From Phoronis australis (lineage: Eukaryota; Animalia; Phoronida): a stretch of DNA of 64,000 bases. The translations under genes were made by a program, and so were the position numbers. Numbering within the stretch: position 1 is the first letter of the stretch; each line of letters opens with the position of its first letter. The stretch is taken from assembly GCA_002633005.1 (NCBI GenBank), contig NMRA01000086.1:480297-544296 (forward strand). Reading direction: 5' to 3'. This document shows, in pieces, positions 50,501 through 62,185 of this stretch. Below the pieces are notes generated by a model that ran no database searches, was not told the DNA's origin, and saw only the letters and a program-made list of their open reading frames with translations.

Positions 50501-53500
50501 TAAAAAAATACTCTAGATACATTTGTATAGCTTTCCAAAATAAAGAACTTCATTAAAGTTGGGTGCAAACCAGAATGAATTGTCGTTATCTTGATGGGTA
50601 CAAACCAGAATGAATTGTGCTGTTATCTTTGCACTTCCACAGTTTCAATAACAAGGACATCGTATGGTAGTTCGCCGTTTGTTTCACACAGAATAAATTG
50701 CATATACTTTCCACACAATAGGGACATATCAAATAAACTGAATTTACAGACATACGAGATATCCCATATACATGTTCCGACCATAACACTGGTAACATCC
50801 CATATACATGTTGCGACCATACCACTGGTAACATCTCATATACATGTTCCGACCATACCACTGGTAACATCTCAAATGGCGTGTAATTACAAGCATTAAT
50901 GACAAGACTTTGTCTTTACATTTTCCACAGCGCGAAACTGACGATTTGCCACATGCCACATGCAAAATCAGTGGGGGGACAAAATTGTTTTTCTGAATAA
51001 CGTTTGGTATGCAAAATGAGGTGAATGTGCTGAATAAGTGGGGCATTACCACAAAACAGATATTATAAAAACTAACACGTTGTACACAGAATAAGGTTGG
51101 CCCAATCACCACTGAGGCATGTCAGGTGAGGGCACTTATAAGTCATATCAGTAGTATGACAGTGTACCAGTGGTAACAGCAGACACTAAACAAACTTCCC
51201 ATATCATATGATAAAAACAAGATAACGGGCATGAGGCCATGACATGGTCAACATGAGCTACCTCTTGAAGCACTCTTGTTGGTCAACCTGAACTACCTCC
51301 TTTCACTAACAGAACGTCTCAAAGTCACCGAGCAGGTTTGATTTGGAGACCTCAAGCTCACTAATGCAACCTTAAATTTTGATCAGAGAAATAAGAATGC
51401 AGCTATGATTCCCTTAGTCGTGACTTCAAAACTTAAAAAAAAAACAACAAAAAGAAAAATGTTGCCAGAATGTTTTTGGGTGTAACATTTGACCCTTGCA
51501 CACTTGTGACTATAGGCAAACTGAGCCCACCGCTTTCATTGTTTGTGAAGGACTTTTGCACTGCCTAATATGCAAAGGCCAGGACTTTTGCACTGCCTAA
51601 TATGCAAATTTCTTTTTTTCCATGGCAAGGTCATTTCCCAATTGGCTACCTGGGGATTTTGCCACGTTGCTTTTGGTGAGTTGAAGTTAAGCTAAGCATG
51701 ATGCCCTTAGTGCTTAGCATAACATCGGAAGGGGCTGATGGTGTTTGCCTTCCCCAGGAGGTGGGTCTGTACACAGGATATTCGGTTCCGAGAGGTGGAA
51801 ACTAATCATCACCCAGCACGACAGACTCTCAACTTTCTGTTCTTGCTAAAAACAAAAGCGCCGAGCAGGTGAACTTGGGTGCACCGGCTTTTCACTTGAG
51901 CTATTTCATTTTCGATTCTTGGCAACAAGGTTTGGCAAGCCCAGTTCCTGCTTGGTAGCTTGGGAATTTTGCCAGGTTGCATTTGGCCAGTTAACTATAT
52001 GCTAAGCATCGAGCTCTGCTTCCATCTAAGTCAAATTTCCATAGACTATCTATCCTCAAATGGCCAATGAATTATGAAAACACAAATCATACGGTTCCCA
52101 ATCTTTGGCACATTTGAATGAACCTTAAAATCTCCATTATGCTAGGTGTTTTCTCTGCCATAAAATTAAGCGTCCCATGCATCAGCAGATGGCTACATTC
52201 CTGATAAATTGTGAACAAGCTAGTATCCAAAATGGGACTTGCCATGCAAAATTTAGCGTTACATAAATTTAATGCAAAATGTAGTGACCATGGGGGAAGT
52301 GTACTTTAAAATCTGTTGAGGATTTGAGAAATAAGCGACACTGGAGGCAGAGTCGAAAATAGAATCAACCAGGTTGAGGCAGGCTTTGATTGAGGCAGGC
52401 TTTGATTGAGGCAGGCTTTGACAAAGTCAGATTTGTCTGTACACCATGCTTTGCTCTGCAATCTCAAATTGAAACCCCACGGGTCATCCATCAGAAGTTA
52501 TGGTGTAGATTCACACTGAATGTCTAGACATGCCGGAGAAGCATGACAAGCCTGAACTTTGTACTATCAGTTACTAACCGACAAAGAAATTCAACTTATA
52601 TTTGTCAAAGGGGCCTCCTGGTGATGTACACAGAAGCTACATTCACGATTCATGTGTTAACTAAAGCCATACACACGCATATTGATCTATGCACCTACTG
52701 GTGAAGAGGTAAGTCACTTACATGCACCCCACATCTTGAGAACCAGTTTTCTCCACAAAATAATGGACATCAAACTGGTTCTCTATTAGTGACTATTGCC
52801 AGTGAAGCTGCATCTATATCCCTAACTAGGCGAATGTGTCTATAAATTAATCACTACAGCAAAATATAGATGACTTCTAAATTCATATTTGAGTGAATGA
52901 AACTTGACTTATCCGTTCCAAAACGGTAGGCGGTGTATTCTATTTAACACTGATTATTAGTAAAAAGTTTTAGAAATGGGTAAAAGCACACAATCACACA
53001 GTTTTAAGAAAGGCACATAAGCAAGTGCCAAGATGCCTGCACGAATAATATGAAGCTTAGGCACCTATATGCCAAACAATTGAGTAAAAAATCTTTGAAC
53101 AACGCATTATTTTACATATAAGGCCTTAAGGCGTGCAATACAGTATTACCTCTTAAATTTTTATATTTAGACTTTATTTCCTTAAATGTTCATAAAGCAT
53201 CATAAGCCCCAGTGTAATAACACTACATTGACTCACGACTGTATCAAGTATGGATTTTAAAAACAATGCAGTACATGCCAGGGAGATTAATTAATTGTCA
53301 GTATATGAAACCCCCTGGTGACATTTGGCAATAGTTGGACCATGACATGTGCATTCCTGTGTTTTATATATGGCCACACTGCAGACACACACATTCATAG
53401 GTTCATACTTCCGTACGTCTTCACTTATTTAGCATACAATACATGGCAGACGTGGGAATTTTTTTGAAATTGATCAACAAAGATAAATATTCATGTTCAT

Positions 53501-56500
53501 TTTAAGCAGGGTTTGTACTGCACATATGTCATCAAGCAACACCTCTGAAATTTTCTTATTATCTGTAGCAAAGTGATAAGGCTCTGGAAATTAGAAAAAC
53601 GACTGTTTTGGCAATTACTTTTAATTACCGTAAAGTACGTGGGTATGAATTAACCTAACATTATTCCTGAACTAGGTGTCCTGATGGTCCTGTGGCCGAC
53701 AAAAACAGGTCAGTGGAGCGTGGTTACTTGATATCAGGACAGCAGGACTCATTACAACATATATGAAGAAGTCACAGTGCAATCAAGTACAGGTTATGAA
53801 GAAATGGAAGAAAGTCTGTTTGCTTGCTTTTTGCTATCAAACCACTTCAACTGGCACTACAAGAGATTTCAGACATATATGTTGACATTTTCATTTAGAA
53901 CATAACAACGGGAATGTGCGAGGCACTCCCTCAGAAGAATGAACGATAATAAAATAAACCTAATAACTGCAGAGCAATCACCACAAGAATGACGAAGCGT
54001 CTATGTTAAGTTTGAAGTAGCAGCGCAGTTAAGTGAACTGAGCAAACACTTGAACGGAACACTCAGAAGACTGTCACAGAAAATGTGTAAACCCCTTAAA
54101 TAAGGACATCTTTGCACGAACTGGCCAAAAACGCTGTCTGAAGTTGACTGAGTGTATGTGCATAACCAGTATGTCCCACTAGAGGGTATGGACATATCAC
54201 GTACTCGGTATACCAGCTGAGTGTATGTGCATAACCAGTATGTCCCACTAGAGGGTATAGACATATCACGTACTCGGTATACCAGCTGAGTGTATGTGCA
54301 TAACCAGTATGTCCCACTCAGGGCTCGACGCTATTAAAATCGCCAGGTCGCATTTTGCGACCTAGCCAAAATCCCAGGNAGAGGGTATAGACATATCACG
54401 TACTCGGTATACCCCAGCTGAGTGTATGTGCATAACCAGTATGTCCCACTAGAGGGTATAGACATATCACGTACTCGGTATACCCCAGCTGAGTGTATGT
54501 GCATAACCAGTATGTCCCACTAGAGGGTATAGACATATCACGTACTCGGTATACCCCAGCTGAGTGTATGTGCATAACCAGTATGTCCCACTAGAGGGTA
54601 TAGACATATCACGTACTCGGTATACCCCAGCTGAGTGTATGTGCATAACCAGTATGTCCCACTAGAGGGTATAGACATATCACGTACTCGGTATACCCCA
54701 GCTGAGTGTATGTGCATAACCAGTATGTCCCACTAGAGGGTATAGACATATCACGTACTCGGTATACCCCAGCTGAGTGTATGTGCATAACCAGTATGTC
54801 CCACTAGAGGGTATAGACATATCACGTACTCGGTATACCCCAGCTGAGTGTATGTGCATAACCAGTATGTCCCACTAGAGGGTATGGACATATCACGTAC
54901 TCGGTATACCAGCTGAGTGTATGTGCATAACCAGTATGTCCCACTAGAGGGTATGGACATATCACGTACTCGGTATACCAGCTGAGTGTATGTGCATCAA
55001 GTACTCAGTATGCCCCACTTGCATCACCTATTTCTTCAGTGTTAAAATGAGTATCGACATTCTGAGAATAAGATTGGTGTGAGATAAACCATAGGAAACA
55101 CACGACATGTCTGATTTCTTCTGAATCTAACCGATAACTATCTTGCAAACTTCAAATGACGCTGTAATTTGTAACTTCCCATCGTCAAAAACAGTTTGTT
55201 CTGGGCATCAAATTTCATCAAGACACAAGTGCACTTTCTTTCACAATTCCATTCTAAACTCTAAAATTATTCGTATTAATATGCAGTTTTTCTCCATGTA
55301 AAATTGGTCGTTGTTGGATTTTCTACAAACCACACTGAAACAGAGACGCCAATATTAAGCAGTTTAGCCTAGGCAGTTACATTGCCTGTGATGTGGATGC
55401 CGCAGTCGTACACAGGCGATAGTATACCACCATAAAAAGTTACTCATTTAAAAATACAGAAAATAACATTGAATGAAACATGCATATATACGCATGGAGC
55501 TCTAATTAACGCATGCCATGCCTCTGGAGACAATTTAGTCAACATAATTTGAACATATTCCAGAAAATCAGCCTAGGTTAAATCAAGTTTCCTGTGCCAT
55601 TTTGATGAAGTTGCATGAAATGATGCCGTTTCACAAAAAGTCCGAGGGACAAAAATCTCACAAATTCCACCGGATGTCCTCCCACGCTACTTTTTGTGTC
55701 AGCCGCCAGGTCACGTGCTCCCCAGTCTCGCGCTGATTGTGGTCTAGCTCGCGTGACGCCAATTGAAATCTTTTGTTGTTATCGCGCAAGGTGAAGTTAA
55801 CGGCAACAAAAAAGTTAGGAAATTTTTGCCAAAGTCCTCTCAATTCCTGTCAAGATGCTTCGTCGAGACTATGCTTTGAACCAGAGATTATCACTGAAGA
55901 AAGTAACCGCTATTTGAAGTGACAATGAACTTTTGACGAGGTGAAAACCTCTTATTCGGCAACCAGATTTGGCCTAGATAAGTACAGAAACTGATGGGGT
56001 GCTGTAGCCCTACACAAACGAGGAGCTATGTGCTGCCTAACAAGCTTACCTTACTGACACTGTATTTGATGTGGTGGTCGTTGCATTTGCCTCTGTTACT
56101 AATTGAGAGCCAGCTGTGAATACATTGGCATTGTCTTTCCCAAACTGGGTGAAAATGAACTGCGATGATGAGATGGCCTCACTCAAGTCATAGCCAGAGT
56201 TAGAAATCGGCGATGACAACACGGTCGCCTGGCTAATATCCTCGTCTCCAGAGCTCCTACGGATCTTGGCCGGCGTTTCACTACCGTGTTCACCACCACA
56301 TCCACCATTCTCCAGAATAGTGCCGTGTGGCCACGATGCCAGCACATCGTCTGAGCTTAGCTGGCTCAACTCATCCACAATGTTAAGTCCTTCAGACTTG
56401 TGAACTAGCGACATCTGGCTATCGTCATTAAACAAGTTCGGCGAAGAAAGACAGCCGCTGACATCGGGACTAGAAACTGGACTGTAGCTAGACACAGAAG

Positions 56501-57152
56501 TCTGCTCATCGGACGGGCCCGAATGTCTGGTCAGGAACAAGTTACTGGTGTCATCATGGTAAAAAATGGACGTCTCGTGATCTTCTTTCATTTTCACTCC
56601 ACTTGGGTCTTTCTTTATATTGTTTATAATATCTGCAATTACAAAAGCTGTCATTGACTATGTGAGGAAACACACTGGTCCAAACAACATATGAGGTTAC
56701 CAAGGTCAGGCTCACAGAGTCAAACCACAACTAAATGTTTTGATGGACAATGAACAGATTTTTCAAGCCAATTAATAACAGCATCAAAGGTTGTGAAAAA
56801 TGTGCACTATGCAACTCTCGCTTAGATAAGCCAAAGACAGAAGTAAAACTCTTCGATAGATGGAAAGTTTTCCTTAGAAATTTTACCAACAATTGAACAC
56901 AAAAAATTCACTTTTAACATCTGAATTTAATTCACTGTCCACTCTTACCGTACCTGTTTTAGGATCTTGATCTTCATTCAATTTCCCGGTCAAATTTGCA
57001 TATAATAACTAAAGTGCAAAAATTTGGAAATATAAAGTAATGCCATAGTTAATCAATAAACCTTGAACAGTGACTTTCAAACAAGTTGATACATGCATTT
57101 TCTAATCAGAACATAATGTTATCAACAATAAATGCTGGTCACTTACATCCAT
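29594..57152 (-). CDS. NFAT5: Nuclear factor of activated T-cells 5 (NFAT5/TonEBP ortholog); exons 57147-57152, 56954-57008, 56050-56632, 47849-48044, 47038-47228, 44977-45152, 44000-44187, 42323-42446, 37721-37825, 32886-33038, 31521-32504, 29594-29652; ~939 aa
   Basis: RHD: [75 protein letters not shown]: [29 protein letters not shown]. All junctions are GT-AG and phase-consistent (2820 nt). RHD/IPT exons are secure; the terminal exons are less certain. Confidence 0.9.
29850..30348 (-). mobile_element. Kolobok-type element end with THAP remnant, in the last NFAT5 intron
   Basis: [12 protein letters not shown] (from 30090), frameshift, then [17 protein letters not shown]. 30180-30348 resembles 8850-9015 and ends CCTTCTCCT|TTAA. 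Confidence 0.7.
33195..34033. mobile_element. PIF/Harbinger-like MITE
   Basis: TIRs GGGCTGTTCCAGCAAAATCTGTATGGGAGGGGG / CCCCCTCCCACACGGATTTTACTGGAACAGCCG, with TTA on both flanks. Confidence 0.8.
34588..35500. mobile_element. Solo LTR (913 bp)
   Basis: TGTCAGA...TCTGACA termini with a perfect 5-bp TSD, GAGTG (34583-87, 35501-05). The host HINE sequence resumes on the other side. Confidence 0.8.
35646..36717 (-). mobile_element. HINE/DINE-1-like element (inner, nested copy)
   Basis: Both ends present (CAAGAGCAACGCGG...ATGCGCCCAC; GTGGGCGCATAATAAAAA) and a (GGAC)n microsatellite at 36626-36665 typical of DINE-1/HINE. No TSD seen. Confidence 0.75.
39859..39935. repeat. 25-bp tandem repeat, 3 copies
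   Basis: gccttcaatacatccacccaatgcaa repeated. Confidence 0.9.
40429..40645 (-). mobile_element. Short HINE copy lacking most of the central array
   Basis: Same two termini as the 35646-36717 copy, only ~215 bp apart. Confidence 0.65.
43340..43752. repeat. Degenerate ~47-bp minisatellite, ~9 copies, in an NFAT5 intron
   Basis: Unit approximately aatcagtcgatgtgtaagtctgtggcgaccacggcaccagtcgcgac. Confidence 0.85.
50760..50872. repeat. ~36-bp tandem repeat, 3 copies
   Basis: catatacatgttccgaccataccactggtaacatc repeated. Confidence 0.85.
54148..54997. repeat. 69/71-bp satellite-like tandem array (>=11 copies, spans a gap)
   Basis: Unit gctgagtgtatgtgcataaccagtatgtcccactagagggtat(a/g)gacatatcacgtactcggtatacc(cc)a. 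Interrupted at 54319-54379. Confidence 0.95.
55365..56040. mobile_element. Non-autonomous DNA transposon with TAGCCTAGGCA termini (Academ-like), copy 1
   Basis: Starts TAGCCTAGGCAG and is colinear with ~59215-59896, which ends TGCCTAGGCTA. Confidence 0.5.
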
Positions 57153-59214
57153 TCATGGTGTCAAATTTACGGTATCCTCCGTAAAGCCAGTCATTCCACC
57201 TGAAATAACAATTTATCAAACATATAAGTTACAATAACAGTAGCGCAACACTCTGATCCAATGTGCATAATTATCCCTGAATATGGAACCTCCGAAAAAG
57301 TAGACAACAAGGGCTACAGAGACTATAGATCTTGATCACGGAAAAAATGTTATAACTACTGTCCAACACCAGCATGGCAACGTCACATTTGATCCTCCTG
57401 TTGAAAAGTACAGTAAAAATTCATTGTTTGGGACTGCTTCTAACATATGGGAACAAAAATTCAAGGTGAAGTTGATTTTTTTTTTGATTTTGAGGAGTGT
57501 GAGCTCCTTTGATATTCACTTTATTTCTTGAATATCTAACGTAGAACATAGGCTTCCCAGTTCATAAAATTGTATAAAATAGTTGCCAACACAACGTTTT
57601 CAAGCATCCCCATAGCGTGTAACATGGAGGTGAATGATTGTTTAGTAATTCTTGAATTTGGTATGGCTAATACTTGAATAAAGACAACAACTTTTCTAAA
57701 CTATTATTGTATAGCAACACATTTCGGCAGTAAAACATCCACCATTCAGAGCCAGTCTTAACTACATCCAAAAGTAAAGTTCACACGTTGAATTTCAAAT
57801 GCAAACCCAAACTGAGATAAGGGCTGTCGCTGGTCTAAAAAGTTCAGCAGTCTCGCAAACTTTCTCTAGTTGAACAACTTGTATCTCAAATGCTTCAACT
57901 TGGCCTGATTACCTTGCTTAAAGTCTGTGCACGACACTAGTTGTAGATACTCATAGTTCAGCTATCTGGAATAGTCGTGACCAGTTTGAACCTGTGCCCT
58001 TTGAGCGCACCTGATGATAAAAAATGTGCTTTTTTCAAAAAGTTGTGCCCAGCAGACTTTGTGCAATCAAAGTGGGAGCATATGAAACAGAAACCCCAAG
58101 GGCAATCAAAATAGTTGTGTTTTACCCGACTGCCTGTAAGTGGAAGAGTGTTGCATTGCGCACGGGGGTGGGGTGGGGGGGCGCACTGCTACACCATACT
58201 TGTGCCTTTTTATGAGCTAATGGTGCAAAGGTGCAGTCCAGGAATATCCCCAAGACATGACCGAACGTACACAGGCTAGAGATGTTCTCCACTGACACAA
58301 GTTATTGAAACTGGATTCCTGAACTTTTGGTTGAGTCAGGACTCCTGCATGGGTCTATTAGCTATAGATAGACTAACAGGATCAATGACCAACCATAAGT
58401 GCTTTAAGTTAAAAGGATACCAAACCCAGTTTTGGCCTATAAACAAATACTAAAATTGACAATCACCTCCAGTTCTCTGAAACAAATGTAACGCTCTGCA
58501 AAACTCGATAACTCTTAAGTGTTTGGAGCAAAATTTGAAAACTCTTTGTAGGGTCTAATCAACAAGCAAGCATGGCCTACAACAAGCGTGACCTACGATT
58601 TAGACAAGTAACATGATAATTGCAGAGAAAGAACACCTACCAAGACCCATAGTATCCAATCTGTGATGCAGAGACTACGAGTTCTCACTTCTCAGTTGAA
58701 TCCTGCTTTGATTGAACACTCAAGTGGGATGCCAATGAAGGATTAGCAGATGACTGACCAAGGATTGTTTGAAATTACCAAAACAGGGTTTAGTATCCTT
58801 TTAAGAGTCACATCATGTAACATTATGCATGCCATACACTACCAACATGTTCAGGCCTTGCATTATGAAATGAAATGAGCCCAGGCCCAGTCACATTCAA
58901 ACACATTCACTATGAGGCTCACTCAGAATTTCAGTAACGTCTACTATGACAGCTTTTATAAGGCTGAAATTGCAGAATATGTAAGCCCCCTTGTTTCATT
59001 CAATATATCAGGTCAACAGGTGGACCCCGGACCTGTCAATCATCAGAGAGTGCTTCCACAGGAGTATGATAAGGGTGAGTCACCAACTGAGGTGGTCACA
59101 ATGCCCGGGGTATCATCAAGGTGGAAAGCTTTGCAGTATTGTCTCGAGCAGGTATATCCGCAACTATTCGGCAGGGTAAACAAAAGAGGCCGTAACTTAC
59201 CGGTATAAATCCCT

Positions 59215-59896
59215 GAAGGCAATTACATGGCTATGTAATGCCACAGGCATACAGGGCCGATAGTACACCCTCATAAAAGGTTACTCATCTCAAAATACAG
59301 CAAATAACATTGAATGAAACATGAACATAGAGTTATAATTAACACATACAACAACTTTGGAGACAATAAAGTCAACATAACTGAAACATATCCATGAAAA
59401 TCTGTCGCAGTTTGCTCGAACTTCCCTCATCGCGGGCCATTTTGAGGTAGTTACACGAAATCCTATCAGTTGACAAAAAGTCTAAGGGACGCAAATTCCA
59501 CGAGATATCTTTCCATGCTACATTTTACAACTGTCAAGTGCAAGGTCACGCCCTTCGCTCAGTCTTACACTTGTCCTTGCCTAACTCAATTGACTTAACT
59601 TTATGTTTATCGCACACGGTGGAAAAGTTACCAAAAAGTGGACTTAGATTCTTTTTGCTAAAGTCATCTTAATTCCTATAGACAAGTTCATCACAGATAT
59701 GTGAAGAACCAGAAAGGATCGCTGAGGAAGCGCATTTTTGAGTGACAATTTTTAAAAGTGTAAAATGTACTTTGAATCGGTAAAAACCTCTCACCAGATT
59801 TGGACTATAGCCCGTGTAAAATAAGCGGATGAAAGTAGTATAGAAAGTAATTTGGCCCCTACCCAGCCAACAGATGGGCTACATGTTGCCTAGGCT
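59215..59896. mobile_element. Same family as 55365-56040, copy 2
   Basis: Shared blocks (cataaaa.gttactcat, aataacattgaatgaaacatg, gagacaat..agtcaacataa, accagatttgg); ends GTTGCCTAGGCTA. Confidence 0.5.
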
Positions 59897-60289
59897 ATGT
59901 GGGGGCCTAATGCTATATAAGACTCCTGTGGAGTTTCTCATCAGGCATCAGCCCAGCTTTTTCAGGGTTACCCAGTTTAAGATAACTCATTGAAATGACA
60001 TCTCCTGCCCATCAGGAATTCAACAAGAAACCACTTCATGAGGTCTGCTAAATGAAGGATTAATAGTCTATTTTGATTCTGCGTGATTGACTCCTGCGCA
60101 GCAATGAAAGACTAACAAAACGGCGGAAACAGACGATAGAAATTATAGACAACGTTGCTTTACAACAATAAAGTATAGCCACACTGTATTTTGGTAATCA
60201 ACATGTCATATGATCAACCACTCTAAACATTTTGGAAGCAACAGTGGGAGTTGACTCGGAGCCAGCAATGTTTACTCCGAGAGAACATG

Positions 60290-60700
60290 AAAATTCACGT
60301 GCGTGACCCAAGTCGAGAACATCCGCCATGTTTTGCAATCAGGAAAATGAAATCAGTTGTCAGTCGATTTATTGATACGTGACATATATACAAGAATCAG
60401 CCAAATATTAGCTTTAGTATAATATTCATTAATAAGTGTGCAAACTACAAAATGATAGCTGTTACACAGCGTGTAAATTAAGGTCAAACCAGGACCAAAA
60501 TCAACCCCACATACCTCTCCTATGCCAACAAAAACTGTATTAAGCGTGATTGGTTAGAGGTCACTATTTATAGTAAGAAATTCTAGCTTGTGATTGGACA
60601 ATCGGAAATCTTAACCATAAATTATTCGCAATTCAACCAATTGGAATAATTTCTTCTTTCTCGTTTCCTTTATGCATAATTAGTTAAACACGTCACTGAG
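60290..60700 (-). promoter_or_regulatory. Candidate NFAT5 promoter / non-coding first exon region
   Basis: Clustered CCAAT boxes (~60549, ~60592, ~60637), CACGTG and CACGTCA motifs, AAAACATGGCGG (YY1-like, ~60322-60333) and a donor-like GAG|gtatgt near 60514. The exon at 57147-57199 begins with an acceptor, so an upstream exon is needed. Confidence 0.3.
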
Positions 60701-61799
60701 GTGAGATTTTTGTTTACCTCTATAGTCTGCGTGCGTGCATGAGGCGTACGCAGGGACGGTGCAGATTCATTTGTATTCATTTGTTCATTTTGAGTGCCTT
60801 CCTAACACTGCCGAGATCAGAATGTGGTCGGCCGGGGAAAACCCAATTTCGTTTGAGCCCCCCCGGGTGCGCCCATGTTAAGGGTGGCTTAAGGTTGTGT
60901 ATTTTTCATTTTTATCATTTGGTCATGTACGTGATATGTCGTCTTAGCAAAATTTAGTAAAAAGGAAAATACAGCGAAACAGTGGTATTTGCAATAACAT
61001 GGACTAATTACAGTTTCATAAAATGTCACTTCATTTTCGTTTTATGCAACTTATGACTGTTGTCATAAAAATCAAAAAAATAATTTTATAGCCCTCTTGC
61101 AAAAGTGAGACATTTTAAAAAGCAATTCCTAACAGTGCAGGCATCTGAAGTGATTTCGATCATCCAATTTGATATGATTTCCGATCGTTCGCCAAACATA
61201 ATTTGGGCATTTTTGTAGGGTCCTACGTTATAATAACGTAGGGTACCATGGCATGCAAGTTCGCTGCCTGGTGAGCCAGTGTCAGCCCGGGATACCCCTC
61301 TCCACTACAAACGTAGAGCCTACTACAGGTCAATTAGTGGAGTGCCGACAGCTGAGGTCAGATCTCAGAACAGGTCCCTGTCGGGTGAAAGGCTTATCAA
61401 GTGCCCTTCACTGAGTTTTATGAGTCCAAAAGCACTGCTTCCTTCACTATATCTACACAGCAGTAAACTTTATTCTTGTCGCACACTCTTCAGCTGTTGC
61501 AGAACCTAAGCGGGTCTAAGTCGACAGCCATTGTTGTGTTTTGTTTCCCTTCATGCGCGCACCCAGCCCTAAAAATGGGGGTCGAATTCTTGAGACTGTG
61601 ATGGACCTTTTACTGAGATTCACGGGGTACCTTTAGAGCTATGAACTGTGCATTCGCAGAATGTTGGTAGTTCCTACCTTTTTTAGTGGACTTATGTCTC
61701 GTTTTCTACTTTTTTCGGAGTTTTTTTGTTTCTCTGAGGCGGACCCCTTAGCGCTTTTTTTCGAGTTGGATGAGATAGATTTCTTGAAGTTATTAGCTT

Positions 61800-62185
61800 T
61801 CACCAGACCTTTAATGTAAATAGATGCCTGCGACAAATCCTGCAGATTAGCCCAAATGGTCGGATAGAATCACAAATGAAGAGATTTGGCGAAAAACTGG
61901 GCATGAGAGGGTAGAGACTCAGATAAAGCGGTGAAAATGGAGGTGGGTGGGACACAGCCTCAGAAAAGCTGACGAAAGCATTACAAAACAATCTCAGTTC
62001 TGGAACTCGCAGGGAAGTCTTCGACGAGGCAGACCAGTCCAAACTTGGAGGACAATGGAAGCCCGAACTCCGTGAAACCGGATACAACGTGCAGCAAATA
62101 AGACAGATGGCGAACAACAGGATTCGATGGGGTTCAGTCACAGAGGCCCTATCCACCACGGGGTGGCAAGGGTTTTAAGTCAAGA
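61800..62185 (+). mobile_element. RTE-clade LINE 3' end (degenerate)
   Basis: CLRQILQI../W.DRITNEEIWRKTG...IKR*KWRWVGHSLRK..SITKQ..WN.QG..RRGRP..TWR, ending in a TAAGTCAAG-type tail. Confidence 0.8.

Noticed and set aside
54148-54997. CRISPR-like array or repeat-protein ORFs (54001-54960)
   Set aside because: Whole units repeat without spacers. The ORFs are by-products of the repeat and change frame with 69/71-bp units.
56250-56285. Calcineurin-docking PxIxIT motif in the NFAT N-terminus
   Set aside because: TPAKIRRSS does not fit PxIxIT and looks more like a basic NLS or phospho-site, consistent with NFAT5 rather than NFATc.
58912-59208. 98-aa ORF with coding-like composition
   Set aside because: No recognisable motif. 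Probably a retroelement scrap that I could not assign.
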